From: a bacterium
GTDB taxonomy: Bacteria > Myxococcota > UBA727 > JAUIJE01
Reading direction: 5' to 3'
Length of the DNA: 64,000 bases
Assembly: GCA_030431455.1 (NCBI GenBank)
Contig: JAUIJE010000005.1
Span: 387,460 to 451,459 of the forward strand
The notes beneath the pieces are model-generated. The model worked only from the letters and a program-made list of their open reading frames with translations, was not told where the DNA came from and ran no database searches. The position numbers and the translations under genes were made by a program. Shown one piece after another: positions 59,613-64,000 of this stretch. Each line of letters starts with the position of its first letter. The first letter of the stretch is position 1.

Positions 59613-60608
59613 GTGATCGTCGAGGCGGACGGCTTGTGCAAGACCTTTCGGGTGGCCGACAAGGCGCCGGGCTTCGCGGCCACGGTGCGGCACCTGGTGC
59701 GGCGGAGGACCAAGGACGTGCACGCGGTCCGCGACGTGTCGTTTGCCCTCGAGGCGGGCGAGGTCGTCGGCTTCCTCGGCGAAAACGGCGCGGGCAAGAC
59801 CACCACCCTCAAGATGCTCACCGGCCTGGTCAAACCCTCGGCCGGTCGGGCCACCGTCGTCGGACACACCCCCTTCGCCCGCCGGCGTGACTTCTTGTCC
59901 GCGATTACCCTGGTGATGGGCAACAAGCAGCAGCTGGTCTGGGACCTGCCCGCGGGCGATTCGTTCCGCATCCACGCCGCGGTCTACCGGCTCGATGACC
60001 GCGACGTGCAGCGCCGGGTGACGGAGCTGTCCGAGATGCTCGACATCACCGACAAGCTGACCACCCCGGTGCGCAAACTCTCCCTCGGCGAGCGCATGAA
60101 GCTCGAGCTCGTGGCGTCCTTGCTGCACCAACCCAAGGTCCTGTTCCTGGACGAGCCCACCCTCGGCCTCGACGTGAACGCGCAGCAGACCATCCGCGCC
60201 TTCATCCGGGACTACAACGCCCAGCACGGGGCCACGGTCCTGCTCACGTCGCACTACATGGCGGACATCACCGCCCTCACCGAGCGGGTGGTGGTGCTGC
60301 ACCAGGGGGGGTTGGTCTACGACGGGTCTTTGTCGTCGTTGGTCTCTTCGTTCGTCACCACCCGCCAGGTGGTGATCAAGCTGCGCACGCCCGTCGACGG
60401 CGCGGACCTGGCGGGGCTCGGGGCGGTGGACTTTCACGGCCCCGCCGAGCTCAAGCTCCGCGTCGAGCGGGACGCGCTCCAGCCCACCTTGGCCCAGATT
60501 CTCGAGCGGCTCCCGGTGGTGGACCTCACCGTCACCGCCCCCCCGGTGGAGGACACCATCGGCCACATTTTGAAAACTGGGCAATCGTCGAAGCGAGTGG
60601 ACGCGTGA
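59613..60608 (+). CDS. ABC transporter ATP-binding protein
   Basis: Walker A GENGAGKTT. Signature LSLGERMKL. Walker B LLFLDEPT. GTG 59613 with GGGAGG SD preferred; ATG 59589 is possible but would overlap the hrpB start. Confidence 0.85.
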   Translation: MIVEADGLCKTFRVADKAPGFAATVRHLVRRRTKDVHAVRDVSFALEAGEVVGFLGENGAGKTTTLKMLTGLVKPSAGRATVVGHTPFARRRDFLSAITLVMGNKQQLVWDLPAGDSFRIHAAVYRLDDRDVQRRVTELSEMLDITDKLTTPVRKLSLGERMKLELVASLLHQPKVLFLDEPTLGLDVNAQQTIRAFIRDYNAQHGATVLLTSHYMADITALTERVVVLHQGGLVYDGSLSSLVSSFVTTRQVVIKLRTPVDGADLAGLGAVDFHGPAELKLRVERDALQPTLAQILERLPVVDLTVTAPPVEDTIGHILKTGQSSKRVDA

Positions 60609-61387
60609 CCTTTCTGCGCCGGGCCCGGGCGTTCCTCGAGGTCTATTACGCCTACATGCTCGTGTACCGGTCGGAGCTTCTGCTCTGGGCCCTGGCCATG
60701 TCCCTGCCCTTCATCAGCATGGGGGCCTGGATCAAGGCGGCGGACACCGGGGCCTTTCCCCTCGCCCCGGTGGAGTTCGGCCGGTACTTCCTCGTCGTGT
60801 ACCTCGTGCGCCAACTCACCGTGGTGTGGGTGGTCTGGGAGTTCGAGTACGACATCGTGCAAGGGCGGCTCAGCCCGCGCCTGCTCCAACCCGCGGACCC
60901 GGTGTGGCACTACGTCGGGGGGCACGTGGCCGAGCGGGCGGCGCGGCTGCCGTTCACTGTCGTCATCGTGGCGTTCTTTTTCATGCTCTACCCCGAGGCG
61001 TGGTTTGTGCCGTCGTGGACCGAGACGGTGGCGTGCCTGGCCTTGAGCCTGTTGGCCTGGGTCCTGCGGTTTGTGCTCCAGTACGCGTTCGCGATGGCGG
61101 CGTTTTGGACCGAGAAGGCCTCGTCCATCGAGGGGCTCTGGCAGATCGGTTTTCTGTTCCTCTCGGGGGTGGTCGCGCCGTTGGCGGTGTTCCCCGAGGC
61201 CGTGCGCGAGGTGGTGCTCTACACCCCGTTCCCCTACCTCATCGACGTGCCGGTGCGCGCGCTCCTCGGGGCGCCGATCACCCTGCGCGACGTGCTCATC
61301 CCCGGGGCGTGGTTGCTGGTCGCCCTCGTGGCCCAACGCCTCGCCTGGCGCGCCGGCCTCGCCCGGTACTCGTCGATGGGGGCCTGA
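60605..61387 (+). CDS. ABC-2 family transporter permease
   Basis: 6 TM. ATGA overlap with the ATPase gene. Confidence 0.75.
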   Translation: MTFLRRARAFLEVYYAYMLVYRSELLLWALAMSLPFISMGAWIKAADTGAFPLAPVEFGRYFLVVYLVRQLTVVWVVWEFEYDIVQGRLSPRLLQPADPVWHYVGGHVAERAARLPFTVVIVAFFFMLYPEAWFVPSWTETVACLALSLLAWVLRFVLQYAFAMAAFWTEKASSIEGLWQIGFLFLSGVVAPLAVFPEAVREVVLYTPFPYLIDVPVRALLGAPITLRDVLIPGAWLLVALVAQRLAWRAGLARYSSMGA

Positions 61388-62169
61388 TGCGCGACCTCCT
61401 GCGCATCCTGTCCCGCTTCTGGCGCGCCTCGTTGGCGGCCGAACTCGAGTACCGGGTGAACTTCGTGTTCTCGACGCTGAACGCCGCCCTCGGCCTCGTG
61501 CTCGGCCTGTTCGCCTTGTCCCTGTTTTTTCAGAACGGCCACGCCTTCGACGGCTGGAGCTTTGACGCGAGTTTGGTCGTGTACGGGTTGTTCACGACGT
61601 TCAGCGGGATCTCGTCGGTGCTGTTTGTCCCCAACCTCTCGCGGGTGGTCGAGCATGTGGACAAAGGCACCATGGACTTCGTGTTGCTCAAGCCGGTGGA
61701 CAGCCAGCTGTTCGTCAGCACCCGCAACTTTTCGCCCTGGGGTCTGCCCGACATCGCCCTCGGCCTCGGGGTCATCGGGTACGCGGCGAGGCGGCTCGAC
61801 GTCGACCCCGGGCACGTCCCCGCCGCGCTGCTCGCGGCGTTGTTGTCGTTGATCATCCTGTACAGCCTGTGGTTCGCCCTCGCGTCGACGAGCATCTGGT
61901 TTGTGAAGGTCTACAATGCCACTGAAGTGTTGCGCGGTCTGCTCGATGCCGGGCGGCTGCCCATCGCCGCGTACCCCGCCGGCTACCGGGTGTTCTTCAC
62001 CTATGTGGTGCCGGTGGCGTTTTTGACCAGCGTGCCCGCGGACGTCCTGCGCGGCGCCGACGCCACCTCGTGGCTCGCCATCGAGGTCGTGGTCGCGGTG
62101 CTCGCCTTCGGCCTGTCGCGCGCCTTTTGGCGCCTGTCCCTGCGCTCGTACACCAGCGCCTCCAGCTGA
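61387..62169 (+). CDS. ABC-2 family transporter permease (second subunit)
   Basis: 6 TM. TGATG overlap with the previous gene. Confidence 0.75.
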   Translation: MRDLLRILSRFWRASLAAELEYRVNFVFSTLNAALGLVLGLFALSLFFQNGHAFDGWSFDASLVVYGLFTTFSGISSVLFVPNLSRVVEHVDKGTMDFVLLKPVDSQLFVSTRNFSPWGLPDIALGLGVIGYAARRLDVDPGHVPAALLAALLSLIILYSLWFALASTSIWFVKVYNATEVLRGLLDAGRLPIAAYPAGYRVFFTYVVPVAFLTSVPADVLRGADATSWLAIEVVVAVLAFGLSRAFWRLSLRSYTSASS

Positions 62170-62316
62170 GCCGGCGGCCGCAGCCCCAGTCTGAGCCACC
62201 CCGCGGCGCCGCTTGCCGGGTCCCGGGCCGGCGCCCGACACTGGGCATTCGGCCGCGAAAAACCCGGCCGGGAGGCATTCATGAACGTGCGACGCTCCGC
62301 CGGTTGGAGCCCAAGC

Positions 62317-62325
62317 TGCTACAAT
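62317..62325 (+). promoter_or_regulatory. putative extended -10 promoter element (TGcTACAAT) in an AT-rich island upstream of the HAD hydrolase gene
   Basis: tgctacaattacatttgcgtgcagaactgacATG. This is the only clearly AT-rich stretch in the 180 nt intergenic region. No good -35 element. Confidence 0.3.
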
Positions 62326-62347
62326 TACATTTGCGTGCAGAACTGAC

Positions 62348-63163
62348 ATGGCCGCCGAACCCCGCACCCTCGCCTCCCTCGTCGACGCCTACGACGCGTT
62401 CTTCTTCGACGCCTACGGCGTGCTCTGCGACCACCAGGGCCCCCTGCCCGGGGCCCACGAAGCCATCGCCGGGCTGCGCGCGGCGGGCAAGACCACCCTG
62501 GTGGTCACCAACGACGCGAGCAAACCCCCCGCCGCGATCGCGGACCGCTTCTCCCGTTGGGGCTTTTCCTTCACCGAACGGGACATCGTCTCGTCGGGGG
62601 GCCTGCTGCATTCCTTCTGCGCCGCCCATGGCCTCGACGGGGAGCCCGCGCTGGTCCTCGGCCCCAAGGCCGCCCTCGACCTCGCCACCTCCGCGGGCTT
62701 ACACCCCGTCGGCCCCGACGCCGCCCCCGCGCGGGTCTTTATCCTCGACGAGATGGGCTACGACTTTGTGCCCACCGTCGAGGCCGCCACCCACCACATC
62801 GTCGAACGCGTGGGCCGCCCCGGTCCCCAGCTCATCGTGGTCAACCCCGACGTCATCTATCCCCAAGGCAACGGCCGCTTCGGGCTCGCCGCGGGGGGCA
62901 TCGCGCGCTTGATCATGGACATGGCCGCCGCGCGTGGCGTCGACATCACCCCCGCCACCACCTTCCTGGGCAAACCCCACGCCCCGATCTTCGACGCCGC
63001 GGTGACCCGGGCCAACACCCGCAACGCGCTCATGCTCGGCGACCAGGTCGCCACCGACATCCTCGGGGCCCGGGCGTTCGGGCTCGACGCCGCGTTGGTG
63101 TGCACCGGCATCAGCGCCCGGGCCGACGAGGCCAACTACGTGCTCGCCTCGCTCACGGACTGA
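62348..63163 (+). CDS. HAD-superfamily hydrolase, subfamily IIA (NagD-like)
   Basis: FFFDAYGVL (motif I DxxG). VVTND. GKP...LMLGDQVATDI (motif IV). Confidence 0.8.
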   Translation: MAAEPRTLASLVDAYDAFFFDAYGVLCDHQGPLPGAHEAIAGLRAAGKTTLVVTNDASKPPAAIADRFSRWGFSFTERDIVSSGGLLHSFCAAHGLDGEPALVLGPKAALDLATSAGLHPVGPDAAPARVFILDEMGYDFVPTVEAATHHIVERVGRPGPQLIVVNPDVIYPQGNGRFGLAAGGIARLIMDMAAARGVDITPATTFLGKPHAPIFDAAVTRANTRNALMLGDQVATDILGARAFGLDAALVCTGISARADEANYVLASLTD

Positions 63164-63192
63164 GGCGCTCGGGGCCTGGCGACCCCGCGCGC

Positions 63193-63783
63193 TCACAGCC
63201 CTTCGCGCTTCATGCTGTGCACAAAATCCACAAACGACGCGCGGTCAAAATACTGCGCGTCGAGACTGCCAAAGCGCACCACGTGCCGGCCCTGCAACCG
63301 CACCGGCTCGCCCTCGTCGCGGTGGGGCACCGGCGTGCCATCGAGAAACGTCCCGTTGCGGCTCTTGGCGTCTTGCAGCGTGACCCGGCCATCGCGGAAC
63401 CGAAACATCGCGTGAAACTTCGAGACCGTGTCGTGCCCGAGCACCACGTCGTTGTTGCCCGCGCGCCCCACCGCCACGAAGGGGAACGCACACCGCGGCG
63501 TCTTTTGCACCGGGGTCGCGAACAGCCCGAGGTCCATGGTGGTCTCCGCCTCGAACCCGGTCGGCTCCGGGCCCTTGGTGACCTGGCCCGTGGTCGGCCC
63601 GGGCAACGCCCCGTAGAACACCAGAAACGACCCCGAGAACCGATCCGCAAAACCGTCCGGACCAAGGTCGGTGAGGGCGCGGCTAAACAGGCTCAATGGC
63701 TCGGGCACGACCCCATCGCCGACGAACACGCTCATGCCGGGATCGTCATCAGCCACCCCCGGGGTGTCAACCACGCTGGGCAC
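63193..63783 (-). CDS. FHA domain protein
   Basis: [47 protein letters not shown] is a canonical FHA signature. Confidence 0.8.
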   Translation of the reverse strand: MPSVVDTPGVADDDPGMSVFVGDGVVPEPLSLFSRALTDLGPDGFADRFSGSFLVFYGALPGPTTGQVTKGPEPTGFEAETTMDLGLFATPVQKTPRCAFPFVAVGRAGNNDVVLGHDTVSKFHAMFRFRDGRVTLQDAKSRNGTFLDGTPVPHRDEGEPVRLQGRHVVRFGSLDAQYFDRASFVDFVHSMKREGL

Positions 63784-63836
63784 GATTGACGACGGGCGGC
63801 CGACGCCGCAGTCTCGGCCCGACGAGAGGAGCCGCG

Positions 63837-64000
63837 ATGGAATACCGCAACCTCGGCCACAGCGGGGTCAAGGTCTCCCCCCTCTGCCTCGGGGCGATGA
63901 CCTTCGGCGAAGCCGACCAAGACAGCTTTATGCACAAGGTGAGCGCGGACGAGTCGACGTCGTTTCGCCTCATCGACCGCGCCCTCGACGCCGGGGTCAA
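63837..64000 (+). CDS. aldo/keto reductase, N-terminal fragment (runs off the right edge)
   Basis: [24 protein letters not shown] is a typical AKR start. GAGAGGA SD. Confidence 0.7.
   Translation, partial: MEYRNLGHSGVKVSPLCLGAMTFGEADQDSFMHKVSADESTSFRLIDRALDAGV

Noticed and set aside
63166-63195. Imperfect GC hairpin between the convergent HAD hydrolase and FHA genes
   Set aside because: The stem has a mismatch and no flanking T-run. It could be a factor-dependent or weak terminator but is not supportable as a feature.

Overview
This 64 kb window (~70% GC) reads as a chromosomal segment from a myxobacterium (Myxococcota/Deltaproteobacteria). Three things point that way: a MYXO-CTERM-like sorting tail, Myxococcus-type cysteine-rich repeat modules ([15 protein letters not shown]), and several Hanks-type kinase / FHA / PATAN signalling proteins. 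Gene density is high and many genes overlap by 1-4 nt (ATGA couplings). Most long antisense ORFs in the six-frame track are GC-driven artefacts. Housekeeping content includes relA/spoT (N-terminal fragment at the left edge), DAHP synthase, polA, thiolase, a LeuA-like enzyme, tRNA-Leu(CAA), pcnB, coaX, folP, cca, gatCA, greA, dus, udk, mutM and hrpB. Accessory content includes an ECF sigma/anti-sigma cluster with a VIT-vWA protein, an STK-PATAN/REC/GAF-Kelch operon, and an ABC-2 exporter. There are two secreted Cys-rich lipoproteins carrying in-frame (Asp-Gly)n tracts encoded by tandem hexanucleotide repeats. The most striking element is one of these lipoproteins (46063-48435, minus strand). 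It ends in an unmistakable eukaryotic-type protein-arginine deiminase (PAD) catalytic domain (WVQDTVQTGY, FGGNLEVFPP, WPLGRILRGG, WLVVGHLDE, FFSYHTLLGEAHCGS, WW). It sits divergently from a 2OG-Fe(II) oxygenase and a MORN-repeat protein. I found no CRISPR array and no transposase or integrase. Two clear rho-independent terminators are annotated; promoter calls in this GC-rich DNA are low confidence.
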